Shown here: positions 9,527 through 22,066 of the stretch, piece by piece
Layout: each line of letters starts with the position of its first letter
Numbering within the stretch: the stretch's first letter is position 1
Assembly (NCBI RefSeq): GCF_024521635.1
Contig: NW_026250404.1
Coordinates: forward strand, 1,798,001 to 1,862,000
Length of the DNA: 64,000 bases
From: Tricharina praecox
Taxonomy: Eukaryota
Reading direction: 5' to 3'
Program-made: the position numbers and the translations under genes
The notes under the pieces: generated by a model
Told to the model about the DNA's origin: nothing
Database searches by the model: none
The model's input: the letters and a program-made list of their open reading frames with translations, nothing else

Positions 9527-12500
9527 TCAGTACCGCCCCCTTCTCCTAGTCCCGCCACCTCCGCCGCCGCCGCCTCCAGCCCCAATACTGATCAAACTCA
9601 ACTCCTGACTGAGCGCCAACTCCTCCCTGGGGTTGACACCAGCAACACCGGGGCGGCCGCTCTGCAACGGGATCTTTGCGGGGACTGGCGGGGGAGGTCC
9701 GCCGCCACCGCCGCCGCCACTGCCACGACCATAGTATCCGACCTCCATACCCATGTGTCTAGGTTGCTGGTGGGCAGACCGGTGATTGTAGTTATCGTGG
9801 CCCTTCGCTGGCACCAGAGCTCTAGCGTCCCGCTCCGCGCGCTCCCTCTCCGCCTGTCGCTCGCGCTCGCGCTCGCTGTTGGGGTCGAACAGCACCATAC
9901 CCCCCGAGGCATCGTTCATCGAGTAGCGGTTTTTGATGCTCCTCTGCCCATCTCTAGGCAGTGCTGCCATGCTCTTGGATCCGCGGACGCTGCTGCGGTC
10001 CCGTCTCCTCTCGAAAGAAACCTGTTTGGCAGGCACGTGCGGCGGGGGTGCGGGGAGGGAAAGTCTTGGGCCTCGGGGTGGCGCAGGACTGACGCTTCGG
10101 CCGACCCGCTCACGTCTGTGTTCGATTGGTACCGGGGGCGGTGGTCGAGGCGCCCTACGCTTCGGCTCGGGCTCGGGTGCAAACGTCTCGGGCAAGAGCA
10201 CGTCCGACGGGTCGTAGACCTTGTTGGAGCCGGGGACAATCATTCTTTCCGGTGGAGCATGCCTGGCCAGCGCGTCGAGTGATGCGACTGGGTTAGGGTT
10301 GATGGCATCGTAGCTGTCCGGGCCGAATGGGATCCCCGAGAGTTGTCTCGGCGGTGGCCTTTCCGGCGCTGGTACTGGTTTGCGTTCCGGCCTCAGGTTC
10401 AGGACGGATGCCTTGCGGATTGCATTCGGCCCTGGATTGACTACCGGCACTGCACTGTCCCGTTCGCCGTGAATCGCCATAGGCTTGACCATCTGTGACA
10501 CTGGAGGACGGTGCGAATGCTTCTTCTTCAATGTCTGAGGAGGCGGAGGGGGGGGCAACTGATGCTGCTGCTGTTGTTGTTGTTGATGCTGCTGTTGCTG
10601 CTGCTGTTGTTGTTGCTGTTGCTGTTGCTGGGCAAATACCCTAGCTTCAGGCTCAGACTTGTACAGCTGTATATCCTGAACTTCCTCAACCTGAGGTCTG
10701 TGATAGTTTGTGCTGGGTCGAGAAAAGAGTGGTGGCGGTGCTTCAATCTGCAACAATTGACGCCGCTCCACGCCACCCACGAGGTCGGAAACGATGCCTG
10801 GAATCAGACTTGGTGGCAACGGAATACCGCTCCGAACCGCCACATCAACCGACGGCCTTCTATCCGCAGCCGTCAACGACTCATACGACGGAAGTCCATG
10901 CTCCTCCTCCAAAGTCTTCGGTCGATGGTTGTCCCAATTGGGTTCATCAATCAGCGGACTGGGTGGGGCAGGCGGTCTTCGATGAGGCGGAGGGGGCGGT
11001 GGCGGCCCATCTGGAGGTAGCGGCCCATCCCTCGAGCTTGGATTGGAGCTGTCGGGCGTCGGAACATGTGACAGAGGTGGGAGGTCGTCCTCGTATGGTA
11101 CCTGATCGTAGACACCGAGCTGAAGCTGGGAATGCTGTGGCGATTGCTGGTGATGGAAATTGGCTTCCGGATATGTCGGCGTGAACTGTTGCAATTGATG
11201 GAACTGTTGCAGTTGCTCGAGTCCACGGGAATCAAAGCTGCGTTGGTGGTTAAGCGTTGGCTGCGGGAAAGCAGGTACACTCTGAAAGTGGCGCAGCTGC
11301 TTCTGGAAGTCAGTCTCTGGCGGGAATTCCGAGTGCCCGTTGTTGATCGGGGAATGATCCATTGGAGGCAGCGCATTCAATGTCCTGTGAGCCGGAGGAG
11401 GCGGTGGAGGTGGCTCGTCCTGGTATGGATCCTGGTATGGATCCACCTGATATTCGTCGTTACGACTAGCAGGAGACACGTAATCACCAGGATCATAAAT
11501 CTCAGGCCGTCCACCGGGATCGTGTCCTGCCGGAGTCATCACCATGCTATTTCGCTGATTCATGTCCATCATACTGGGTCTATGGCTCAGGTCGATCATG
11601 CTGTGCCTGTGGTTCGCGCTTTGGTCGGGAGGCCTTGAACTCCGATGTTCGCGATGCCGACGCTCTCGTGGCTGAGGCGGCGGCTGAGATTGATGCTGGA
11701 AATCGTCGTGAAGATCACGACGAGAAGGCTGGTGAGAAGGTTGAGAGTGGTGTTGAAAGTCATCGTGAAGATCGCGCCGAGAAGGCTGGTGAGCAGGTTG
11801 GGAGTACTCGTCGTGAAGATCCCGTCGAGAAGGCTGGTGAGAAGGGTAATGTGACGACTTCGGCCTCGGAGCATCTGGCTGGTAAGAATTTCTCGATTTG
11901 CGAGTCGCCCTTCGCTCCCTTCGCTCCTCCTCCTTTTTCCTGCGCTCCTCGCCAGAGCTAGGCTCTGCTCCCATTGTAGGGCTCGACGGTAGCGGCCGCC
12001 TCTTAACCGTCGGTACTGCCTTTTCTCGCGATCCCATCTCTCGTGCACCGCCGAGCTTTCTAAGCGGGACTTCCGGTTCAATCTCCTCGAAAGCAGTGAT
12101 GCGCCTCGGCTTCTTAAGATCCTCCTTCTTCTTCTGCTTCGGTCTCAAATCCCAAAACGTCAACTCGACCAATATCTCTCCCGCGTATTTGTCCTTGCAC
12201 TTGAGACCTCTCCAGCCGTCGTCGGTTCCACCGCCGGGCACCAATATCGTATCGAGTCGGAGCGTACACTCGCCGATGAGATCGGTCTTCTTGTCGTCGT
12301 TGAACACGCTGACCTTGAGAGTCCTGTAGTCTGGCGAATCGCGCACCGGAAACCGCAGCTCCTTATCCCTGTTGTTACGCCCGCCCGTTAGCTGGGGGTC
12401 GCATGAATCGCACGCGTGAAAGTGCCATCCAGCGAGATGCTCACCACCGTGGTACCTGGCCGCCTCTCACGTCCGTGTCGGTTCGCTTCGCTTCCTTTGC

Positions 12501-12738
12501 CAACCGTGCAACCGCATACGGGTCCTGTTTCCCGATCTTCTTCTTATTCGGCAAGTTTTTCTATTCCCATGTCAACAACACATCGTCCACAACATATCGA
12601 CAAGCATAGTGCGGGGGTTTGGAAAATACCAACCGCTCTGTCCAAAACGCAAACCAAAGTCCCGATTACTGGTCCGTCACTGGTCATGTCAGACCAGATG
12701 CCGGCGGGGTGGGCCTCTTTAATACCCGCGCGAACCAT
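9527..12738 (-). CDS. INN1: C2-domain cytokinetic ingression protein (Inn1/Fic1 family), 3 exons
   Basis: Introns at 12561-12633 and 12369-12444 give IGTLVCVLDRAKNLPNKKKIGKQDPYAVARLAKEAKRTDTDVRGGQVPRWDKELRF..LKVSVFNDDKKTDLIGE, an N-terminal C2 domain. A long PxxP-rich tail follows. Confidence 0.88.
10559..10630 (-). repeat. CAG/CAA polyglutamine tract in INN1
   Basis: Encodes about 24 Q/H residues followed by poly-Pro. Confidence 0.9.
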
Positions 12739-14494
12739 GGCGTAGTTTGGCTATTTCGTCGGTTGAAGGCGGGGTTTCGGATCGGATCCTCCTCAATCGC
12801 CAGCGCAGCGGGATCGAGTTACGTATGTAATGTATGCTGCGTCGAGTGCAGTGCTCGGGCGGGGGGCTAAAAGGTGTTTGGATTCGCCGGTCGGTGGTTG
12901 GGTGTGTTAGGCGCAGCTAGATGTGTGTGCGTATGTATGTGATGTGTCTGCGTGTGTGCGAGACAATTCTGATTCGAGAGAGGTGAGGAGGGTGGGTGGG
13001 GGGGAGGGGGGGTGGTGGTGCTTAGATATGGTATGGCGCAGAGTAGGTTGGAGGGTGGGTTGCGAACTTGCGAGGGAGGGGAGCTGCTGCTCTAGTCGGT
13101 GCCGGTTTGTTGTTGTGGTTAAGTGGAGGGCTGGGAGCAGCAGATCAGAAGCGCATGCGTCGAATACGGAGCGCTGCAAGGAGTAGGTTGGGGGCGGCAA
13201 GAGAGGTGATGGGAACCCGTGATAGGACGAGGGCTGATCTGAGAAGAGGAATGCTACAACGCAAAAGAATAATCTCCCTCGCATCTCCCTTTCTCTCTCC
13301 CTTTCTGTCCGCTTACGTACACAGACACTCACTCGCGGCGAGCTGGAGATTCAAGGAGGAGGAGGTTTCGTGTTTGGCTCGGGTCGGTCACTCGCGTATC
13401 TACTCTATTACCTATTAGAGGACGTAAACAAGATGGGTGTGGCACAATAATACCAAACAAAACGGGCGTGGCGCAAAACCAAACAAATCAAGGTGGCTGG
13501 GGCAACAGTGCACACAGCCCGAAGATCTTCGAAAAACGCTGAAGCGTGCGCAAGCTGACGACTTACCTCCCTACTGCCCTCGGCCTCGATCGGAGTCACC
13601 AATCGGAATCCCCTCATACCGGCGTCTACCACTTTCAACTAGCCATTGCGCCACAGATGGATGACGGCTGCCCAGCAACCGCTTACGACTCCCTACAGTC
13701 CTACTCCCTATGGCCGTGTATTTTCGTACACACCTACCGGCAGTATCGTCCAATGGCGTATACACACACCTCTGCAGAGTCCATCTCATCGCACAAAGTT
13801 TAGACATAAACAAACCGCATCCATTCCGTCGCCCCGCATCCCGGATATCGCAGTTCCCGATGTGCGTACTATAGAGTCGCCGCGGAATCACGGGACCGCG
13901 CGACTAGACTGGACGAATGAACGAGCGAACCAGGTGTACCTTGGACGCGAGGAGTACCTACGGTAGGTACGGTACCTGCAGACAAATGAGTCGGCGTGTG
14001 GATTCGAAAGTACACTGCACTACGCTGCACCGCTGTCAGCGAATAGGTAGCGCCACAAAGACTCTTGGAGATGAATGGAAGCCAGCCAGCGAACCGGGGC
14101 TGAACTAGAGAACTGGCGTGCCGAATCCCGAAGTCGCCTTGCCAAGCAGTCGGCTCCCGTTCTGACGCGTTTGTGGCCTCGCGAACGGACGGCCATGTGA
14201 TGACTTGTGGGGGCGGTGCCGAGAAAGACGGGTACCAGTTGGCTGGACGGCGTTTGCATCACGTCGCATCACTCTCGAATATTGATCGCGGCCTGTGCCT
14301 CTACATTCCAAATTACTGGATATGGCCGAGCTTTATTAGGTATTGGAGTGTTTGCGATTTCTGGCTGTCTGAAGTTTGAACCCAGGCCGAATAGCCACTG
14401 CCACCACCACTCTCTATTCCAATTATTTCCCCCCGCCGTTCCATAACCCTCCAACCATCCAACCCCAATCCCAACCCCAACCCACGCCCCTTCA

Positions 14495-15780
14495 TCAACC
14501 CCTCCTCCTCCTCGGTGCCCTCCCCCTCCCCTCAATCCCCTTCATAGCGCCCTCATACGCGAGTTTCTTTACATACCTGACATCCCACATGAGCGGGGCA
14601 TCATACCCCCGCGTCTCCTCACTATCGTCAACCCACGAGTATCGATCACTGATGCCCCAGACGGTGACGCCGACGCACTGCGGCACGGCCAGACATGCCG
14701 CCACGGTGTATTCGTAGTCGCCGTGCTGCTCGCGCAGCTTCCGTCGGTTCGCCGGCTGCGGGATTCGCACGTCGACTTCGGTCAATGCGATTTCGAGGCC
14801 GGTGGAGGTCGCGAGGTGTTGCAGTGACTACATATCGTCAGAGTCGGAGTTGGAGTCAGCGTATGTGAGGGAGGGAGCGCGGGGAGGTTGTGATCTTGGA
14901 GCTGGTTGAAACTGCCCGCCATGTGCAGCCAACTTTGATCCAGCCCAAACGCCTCACTCCCTTGCGTGTTGGAGGGGAGGATAACCAACCTGTGCCATAC
15001 CGGGCGTATTCCCATCCGCAACGACCAGATGCGTTTGACTGCCGATTCCATGTATCGGAACCCCCTCTGCCCTTAGGTCCTGTGCGAGCCTGATCACGGC
15101 ATCCAACTTCGGCCCCTGGTGATGAATATGATAATCGTTAAGATACAGCTTCACCTCCGGATCCGCTGCATTAGCAGCTCGAAACGCGAGGCGAACGTAT
15201 TCCGCGCCTAAAAGCCGGAAGAACACCGACTCCCGCCACGAGCCGTCGTCGTTAAACACCTCGTTGACCACGTCCCACGCGTATAGCCGCCCGCGGAACC
15301 GGCTGACAACCGTGGTGATATGCGCCTGCAGCACAGAGCGCATCTCCTCCGCCGTCTGGATCTGCTCTACCCAGTCCCTACTCGCACACACACATCAGCC
15401 CCGCACCCCATCCCCCGTCCTCCCCTTCCCCGTCCATTGGAGTATACTCACGGCACGCCGCCATGCCACACGAGCGCATGTCCCCTAACCGTCTTCCCCG
15501 CGCCCATGGCCCATCCTACCACTGTCTCCGCGTCCTCGAGCGTGAAATTTCCGCGCACCCGCTGGGTCTCGCCCCACTTGAGGGTGTTCTCGGTGGTGAT
15601 GCTGCCGAACTCGCGGCGCGCAATGGGCTCGCACCGCGTATCGGATAGGTGTCGTGGATCGAGCGCCGTGCCGAAGTAGAGCTTGCCCGAGAGCTTGATC
15701 GCGCTGTCGAGTGAGGCGTGGACGAGGGCAAAGAGGAGGAGGTGGATCAGGACCAGAAGGAGGGGCAGAGGGCGAGGCAT
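14495..15780 (-). CDS. Secreted glycoside hydrolase family 10 endo-beta-1,4-xylanase without a CBM, 3 exons
   Basis: Signal peptide MPRPLPLLLVLIHLLLFALVHA. Introns at 15378-15451 and 14828-14989. Motifs ENTLKW, VRGHALVWH, WDVVNE (acid/base Glu), LYLNDY, GIGSQTH, IALTEVDV (nucleophile Glu) and VTVWGISDRYSW. Confidence 0.93.
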
Positions 15781-15864
15781 CGGTGATGGATGGGCGGACG
15801 GATTGAACGGATTTTGGGCGGACGGATTGACGGACTGCTACACGCACGGCCGCCGAGGGGGGGC

Positions 15865-15870
15865 TTTATA
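15865..15870 (-). promoter_or_regulatory. Candidate TATA box of the xylanase gene
   Basis: TATAAA on the minus strand, 85 bp upstream of the ATG at 15780. Confidence 0.45.
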
Positions 15871-16513
15871 TCATATCATATCATGCCCATAATACTCCAT
15901 ACCCACCGCAGCTGCGGACCTGCCACCGGCCAGCGGTGTTGTCTTCGCATCCCGTATGCACATAACTACTCAATTTCTCACCCCGGAGACGGGATGGATG
16001 CGATGGATGCATACAGGGCTGCGCACTTATGCATCGTATCAGGAACCTATCAGGAACGGCCCCTCCTCCCTGCCGAAGCGTGTTGGATGTCTCGGAGATC
16101 GCCCGGGCCCTTCCGGGTATAAGGTTATGCACCCCCCAACGAGCAAGGCGGGAGGAAGGGAGCCTGGAGGGAGCCTGGCGGGAGCCTGGCGACTCCTATC
16201 ATGGAGGGAGCTGGCTACTGTGCTGCCGTGTTCGACCGGCCAACCGCAAAACATCGAAACAACAAGAGCCCCGTGGGCCGTTCCTTCGCTCGCTACCAGT
16301 CCCAACCAAACCCACTCGCACATCAATTCTGCCACACCCGCGTAGGTATCCGGGTTTTGGGGAGATACATAGGGGTGGGACGAACCTACATGGCGCGTGT
16401 GACGTGGTTCCTGTGCCTGTGCCTGTGCCTGTGCCTATGCCCGTGCCGGGGAGTTGTACTGTTGTACGCAAAAAAATAAGAGGCAGAAAACCGAATAATG
16501 TCTCATGGCGGGC

Positions 16514-16520
16514 TTTAGCC
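16514..16520 (-). promoter_or_regulatory. Candidate XlnR/Xyr1 binding site GGCTAAA
   Basis: Exact match to the canonical XlnR site about 735 bp upstream of the xylanase ATG. Single short motif, so a chance match is possible. Confidence 0.4.
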
Positions 16521-17177
16521 ATGCCCACATACACATCATGCATATTTACCTAGTACCGTATGCACTTGAGTAATCCACCGACTCCGCTCTTGTACGGTCC
16601 TCTTCCAGACAGCCAGACAGACAGAAATATCAACTCAACTTCTCTCCACGATCGCCGGCCAGTTTTATCTTACATAGCATACATACATGCACGGCCGCCT
16701 CTAGAAGAAAACCAAAGTATCTCCCCTTCTCCCCCTTCTCCCCCCATTCCAACTACAACTAAAACTACGGCCATCCCTCGAACCGATTACCTGAAACCCT
16801 CAATGGACAATAGCCAAAAAAAAACAGAAATAGGAGAGCGAGAATAGAAATAAAAGTTAATCAACATGCCACCAGGCGAAAGGAAAAGAAAAAAGAAAAA
16901 GAAATATGAAGCGAACCAAGAATAAGAACAAAAGGGCGCCAGAAGAACCAAACGGAAAGAAAAGAAAAAAAGACGGAAAGTGCGGAAAGTGAACATTGAA
17001 CAACCGATTGCGCGTCCAATCAAAACTAAACATCCGCGATGACCATCACCACCCAGCGCCACCATCACCAGCACCCAGTAGCAACACGAGCAGCGTCCAT
17101 CCGAACATCCAACTCGTCGCTGAAGCGAGCGAATTACCTAGGCCATGCGCGTTCCGCTCGTTGTCTCAGCTCACACC

Positions 17178-18170
17178 TCACAATCTCCCCTGGCCACCGT
17201 GTTCCGGCAACTGATGGTTCTCAAAGAGATCCTCGAGGTACGCACTAGGAGCTCGACCAGTCGGGGGTAATGCCAGACTCGTCAGCGAGTCGTTGACGCG
17301 CATGCCACTCATCCTCTCCGTCTGTATGCTGCTGGCGCCTCCCCTGCTCTGCGGCGCCATCAACGGAGTTCCCGGCGGCGAAGCACCCGGTCCTCTGGAT
17401 CTCGAGAAGCGCGTTTGGCTGTTGTTGTTGAGCACGGCCGAGTTCCTATTCCCGGCAGCGTAGAATCCGGCGGGCAGGTAGGTGGACCGGCGATCCCCAC
17501 CGGCGCTGTTCGGCGCGATAGAGTTCGACGTGGGCGAGAAGAAGAGGCTTCCGTTCGGGCCCAATCCCGGAGAGCGGTTGGAGCCCAGGTGGTCCAGCGA
17601 CAACGTCGATCCTGGGCCGACGGCGTAGAACCCCCCACTTCCGTTGCCTCCCTTCGACTTGTGGAGCATGGACTTGGAGTCGATCATGCCGGGCTTGGTG
17701 GTAGTGCGGCTCATGGAGCGGTGGAGGGACCAGGCGACGATCCCGCGCCAGGCCATCACGATCAGGAGACACAGGGCCAAGCCACCGCCCACAGCAATGA
17801 AGATGGTGCCCTCGGGGTATTTGCTCTGCTGCATGAACGGCGCGTTGGCGTTGGGCGGCGGCGTGATCGTCGGTACGGTGTATTGCTTGGGCAGTTTTGG
17901 GAGACCGCCTCCGCTGTTTGCCGAGGTGGCCGCTGCATCGCCGCTGCTGCTGCTGCGCGTGACGGTCGCCAACGAGGTTTGCGTCGAGGAAACGTTCGGT
18001 AGGCCGGTGTTGGGTGTGGCGGTGGTTTGCGCGGCGGTGGTTCGTGCAGTTGTAGTCACTGCTGCGGTGGTTTGCGCTGCGGTTCCGGTGTCGCTGCTCT
18101 GAGCGAGCGCGAGTGCTGCGAGTGCTGCAAATGCTGACAGCAGAAGTAACGAAGACCTCGGTACCCGCAT
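17178..18170 (-). CDS. Single-pass type I membrane protein, CSI2/vacuolar-membrane-protein-like
   Basis: ATG at 18170 gives a signal peptide (MRVPRSSLLLLSAFAALAALALAQ) and an S/T-rich ectodomain. Then PPNANAPFMQQSKYPEGTIFIAVG, a TM helix, AWSLHRS, and a C-terminal RAPSAYLEDLF. Confidence 0.7.
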   Translation of the reverse strand: MRVPRSSLLLLSAFAALAALALAQSSDTGTAAQTTAAVTTTARTTAAQTTATPNTGLPNVSSTQTSLATVTRSSSSGDAAATSANSGGGLPKLPKQYTVPTITPPPNANAPFMQQSKYPEGTIFIAVGGGLALCLLIVMAWRGIVAWSLHRSMSRTTTKPGMIDSKSMLHKSKGGNGSGGFYAVGPGSTLSLDHLGSNRSPGLGPNGSLFFSPTSNSIAPNSAGGDRRSTYLPAGFYAAGNRNSAVLNNNSQTRFSRSRGPGASPPGTPLMAPQSRGGASSIQTERMSGMRVNDSLTSLALPPTGRAPSAYLEDLFENHQLPEHGGQGRL

Positions 18171-19618
18171 GGTGAAGGAAGCTGAGGAGGGAAACGGATT
18201 GGTACAGGCAAGGTGAGGTTTCAAGATGTTTTATTTACGATTCAAACGAGTGATGAAAGGGCGACGCAAAGGAGAGGAGATAGAGAACGAGAGTGGAATT
18301 TCAGTCAGTCAGCTAGTTCGCGATGGCCGGTTGTAGTATGTAGTGGTAGCGAATGTAGGTTGGAGGTGTTGGTGGGTGAGTGGGCGATCAAGGGGTCGAG
18401 GAGGGGAGGGGACGGGGGGTTTAGAAAGAGAGCGAAATAAGGAACGAGGGAGAGAAATGCACTTGTTTGTCACACACCATCTTCTACTCGACCTGCGCCG
18501 GAGCTGTTCGAGCTGTCGTACAGGGGGTGGTTGTGGTTTGCAGGGAGGGGGAAGAAAGGAGGGATGAATGGGGGAGCGAGGGGAGAGAAACTTGTATTCT
18601 TCGGCCTCGAAGTAGCAAAGGAGCGTGGGACCGTGAACGTCCGCCGGGAAGACGCCGTGCATAGTTATCATGTGAGAGCGCTTAGAAGTGTGAACGAGCT
18701 CTTCGAAACCACGGACAAAAAGAGATCCGCAGTGTGGGGCGGGCATCTACATATCGGTGGATGAATGTAAACAGCCCTCTCTGCTCTCCGCCATCTCGCA
18801 CGCGAACGATATATCATGATCCGCTCGATCCACTCAGCTCCTTTCCTGGACCTTCCCGGTGGGTCCCTGCATCGTCCCGTACCCAAGAGACGTCGTGTCG
18901 CTTAACATTAAAAATGTGGAGAAACGAGGGAACAGCGACACAGGACCAGATCCTGAACCGAACGAACGTTCACACCGGACATCGTTACCTATGAGAGAAA
19001 GAAATCTGCAGCGAAAAAAAAATTGACACATGCGCGGACGCTACGGATGCGGGCCTAAGTGAAGCCTGACCACATACATAAGAAGTGGTTGCTATTCTGG
19101 TTCATGGCCGCCGGCCCATCCGGTACGCAGGACCGTTTTTCGGGCCAGCCGGTGTCCCGGCACATCCGTGGCTGCAGGAATCTGCAGTACACTACGTATT
19201 CGTGGGCGGGTGGTTACGCAGCTGGTTGGATGTTCAGCCTCGTCACCTGCAGAGGCTACAGAGCAATAGCTGATGGCTACTTCTTGGGGCAAATCATTAC
19301 CTACTATGGTAAAACAATGACAATGACCAAGACCGAGCTCAAGCTTCAGATTCTCTCATAACATATCATACGACATATAACCCCACTACCTCAGCCCGCT
19401 GTAGAATAGCATGCCATTTCTTCAGGACCCAATTGCACGAGTGTGACTTATATATATCCGAAATCATATGGTGCTCAACAAGAGATATGTGTGTTCCCGC
19501 AAGTTCATTTATTTTATGTTCAGAGATTGAAGCACAGGTTTCATGATTCATTTTCCGCCCAAAGTTGTGTTCAAAACGCTCTATTACTATTCATCCACAA
19601 TCACTCGCCACAAGTGAA

Positions 19619-21781
19619 TTACATCAATCTTACTCCAGCCTGCTTGCTCTTCTTTGCAGCAGTCGATACAGCATTATCGGCCGCGGATCCCAGTCCACTC
19701 GCGGCCTCCCTCTTCTTCTCGTCTTCAATCTTCTTCAGCCTCTTCTCTGTCTTCGCCTTGCCGGAGCCCTTGCCGTGGAACTGATGCGACAAGTGCTTGA
19801 ATGCCTATTGCCACCATTAGCATATGTTCATTCACAGGAAAGGGATAAGGAATTCATCAACATACCTCCTTCTGGTTCATTTCGCGCCCGAACTCATCCT
19901 TGTAACTCAAGTTCACATCAGGCTTGTAATCTTTGAACTTCAACGCCATGTCCCGGGCCTCCTGTAGGTCTCTCTGTTTATTCTCCCATCGAGCGTGCTC
20001 TTCACGTTCGCGAGCGCTCATGCGCTCAAACTTCCCGCTGGAACGATCTTTAGCACGCGCAGCTTTCGCCTTGTCCTCGGCCTCGAGCTCGCGGCGCTTC
20101 TTGTCCCGCAGGAACTTCTCGCGCTGTCGTTGCAGCTCCAGTTTCTTCTCCGCCTCTGGATCCCGCTTGAGAAGGCCGCGCTGGTTGAGCATCGCCAGAG
20201 TTGCACCGACACCGCGGCTGATCGTGGTTTCCTCTTCGAGACCGGTGGAGGTGATGGTGGGAGCGGCTGGTGGAGTGTCCTCGACTTTGGCGGATACCTC
20301 ACGCTCGTCGCGAATCATGTCCACGTCGCCATCTGCTGCTTCAGCTTCGGGGGAGTCCTCCTTCATGCGCTCGGGCTGCGCGGAGGCGGAGCGGGGTGCT
20401 TTCCGCTCCGATACTGTCGGGGCGCGGAGAGTGGCAACAAACTCGGATGTCTCGTCGATGATGAGGCCTGGGGTTTCCTCGTCCTGGTCTTCTTCCATGC
20501 CGCCAGGAGTAGCCTGGGCATTCTCGGCGGCTTCTTCCTGGAACTGTCTGGCCAAGTCAGCCGGCTTGAGAATCCTTCGCTTCTTGAGGGCCGCCCGACG
20601 TTGCAGCGCTAGTGATGCTTGGAGGTCCTCGTCGTCGATGAATGATACATCCTCGGCTATCTTCCGTTTCGGCTTTACCATTGGTGCGGCCGAGTCGTCC
20701 ACTTCCATCGCGTTAACGTCTTCCGGAGGACTTGGCTCCGCCGACATAGCCGGGTTGAGTGCATCTTCGTCGTCGCCACCGCGCTTGCGAGTGGATTTGG
20801 ACTTCTTCTTTTTGGGTTTCTTGACCTTGATCGAGACCGGGTCGATGTAATCAGAGGCGACTTCGGCTTCTACGATGCATGTTAATAGCTAGACTGTAGA
20901 GAGACAAAGGAATGTGCTTACTGGGCATATCCAAGGTAATTCCTCTTGATCTGAGCTTTTCCACCACTTCTTGACGATAAGTCTCGTTGTCCGCCAAGTT
21001 ACCGGTGTCGTCAAGGACAAACCTCTTCTTTAGACGACCCTTTTCTTCATCGTCATCATAGTGCGCCAGCAGTCGCTTCTCTCCCCCTTCCTCGTCATCG
21101 TAGGCGTTGTAGATAGGTTTCTTCTTCTTGAGCTCGAGGCGTTCCATCAATCGTTCGCGCTCGGTAAGTTCAGTCGAAACGAGCTCATCGCCCTCCTCTG
21201 CCGTAACGTCAGTCCCATCCACAGTACGAAAAGTGCCCACGCAACAACATACCTTCATTCTCATCAATTGTGCTATCTTTCAACGTCAAGATCGTCTCGC
21301 CGCCCATCTCGCCAAGTTGTGCCAGATCATGCGAGACCTTCAGCCCCTTCAACTCGGCGGTAGTATACTCCTTCGACTCGGCAGCGGCCCTCTCCAGCTC
21401 CTCCTCCATCTCCCTCGCGATCTCATCCGCCTTCTTCTTCTGGCGCTTCTTCATCTTGCGCACCCAACTAGCCGTATCCTCCTCCTCATCCTCATCCGCG
21501 AGTCCCGCACCCTCCAGCTTCCGGAACCGCTGCGCCGCCTCCCGCGCCTTCTTTATGTCATCCTGTCGTCGCTTCTTCGCCGCCTCCTTCTGCAGCTCCG
21601 CCGTATGTGCCTTCCAGTTGTCGACTGCGCGCCGCTCGCGGCCCTCGGTCGTGTTGTCGTATACGGGCTCGCCACTGGCGTTCGCGGTGACGGGCTCGTT
21701 GTCGACTCTTAACGGCTTGAGGCCGAGGGACAGGCGGAGTTTGTTGGTTTCCTCGATCGAGAGCTCGCTTTCGCCAGCCAT
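19619..21781 (-). CDS. SNU66: U4/U6.U5 tri-snRNP protein Snu66/SART-1, 4 exons
   Basis: N-terminal HIND motif LSIEETNKLRLSLGLKPL. Introns at 21198-21252, 20870-20921 and 19805-19865. C-terminal YKDEFGREMNQKEAFKHLSHQFHGKGSGK. Confidence 0.95.
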
Positions 21782-22066
21782 TGTAGGGATGCGCGGTATG
21801 GAAGTATCGAAGTGTCGTGGAGATCCGAGCTATCGAGGAACGAACGTGTTGATATTGCTTGGCGGAAGAGGCACCTACAACTCTATTCCTATCCGCGTTA
21901 AAGCGAGAGTGACCAGCCGTGATCCCTGCCAAGCCCGCGCAGAAAAAGAAGCGTACATAGAGTTAGCGTTATCGAAAAAAAGTTCATGTGCTGCAGCCAA
22001 AGACACTGAGAAGTCCAACGTCCGCCAGCTCTCAGTCCTCACCACAATCCACCACTCCAAATTACA

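Noticed and set aside
13954..13970. Inverted repeat GTACCTAC-G-GTAGGTAC as a transposon end or hairpin
   Set aside because: Isolated and short, with no partner TIR, target-site duplication or transposase remnant nearby.
14828..14989. 162-nt xylanase intron as a stwintron, hidden exon or snoRNA host
   Set aside because: One-step splicing restores the expected protein. The possible G|TTGGC split donor would frameshift, and there is no good C box.
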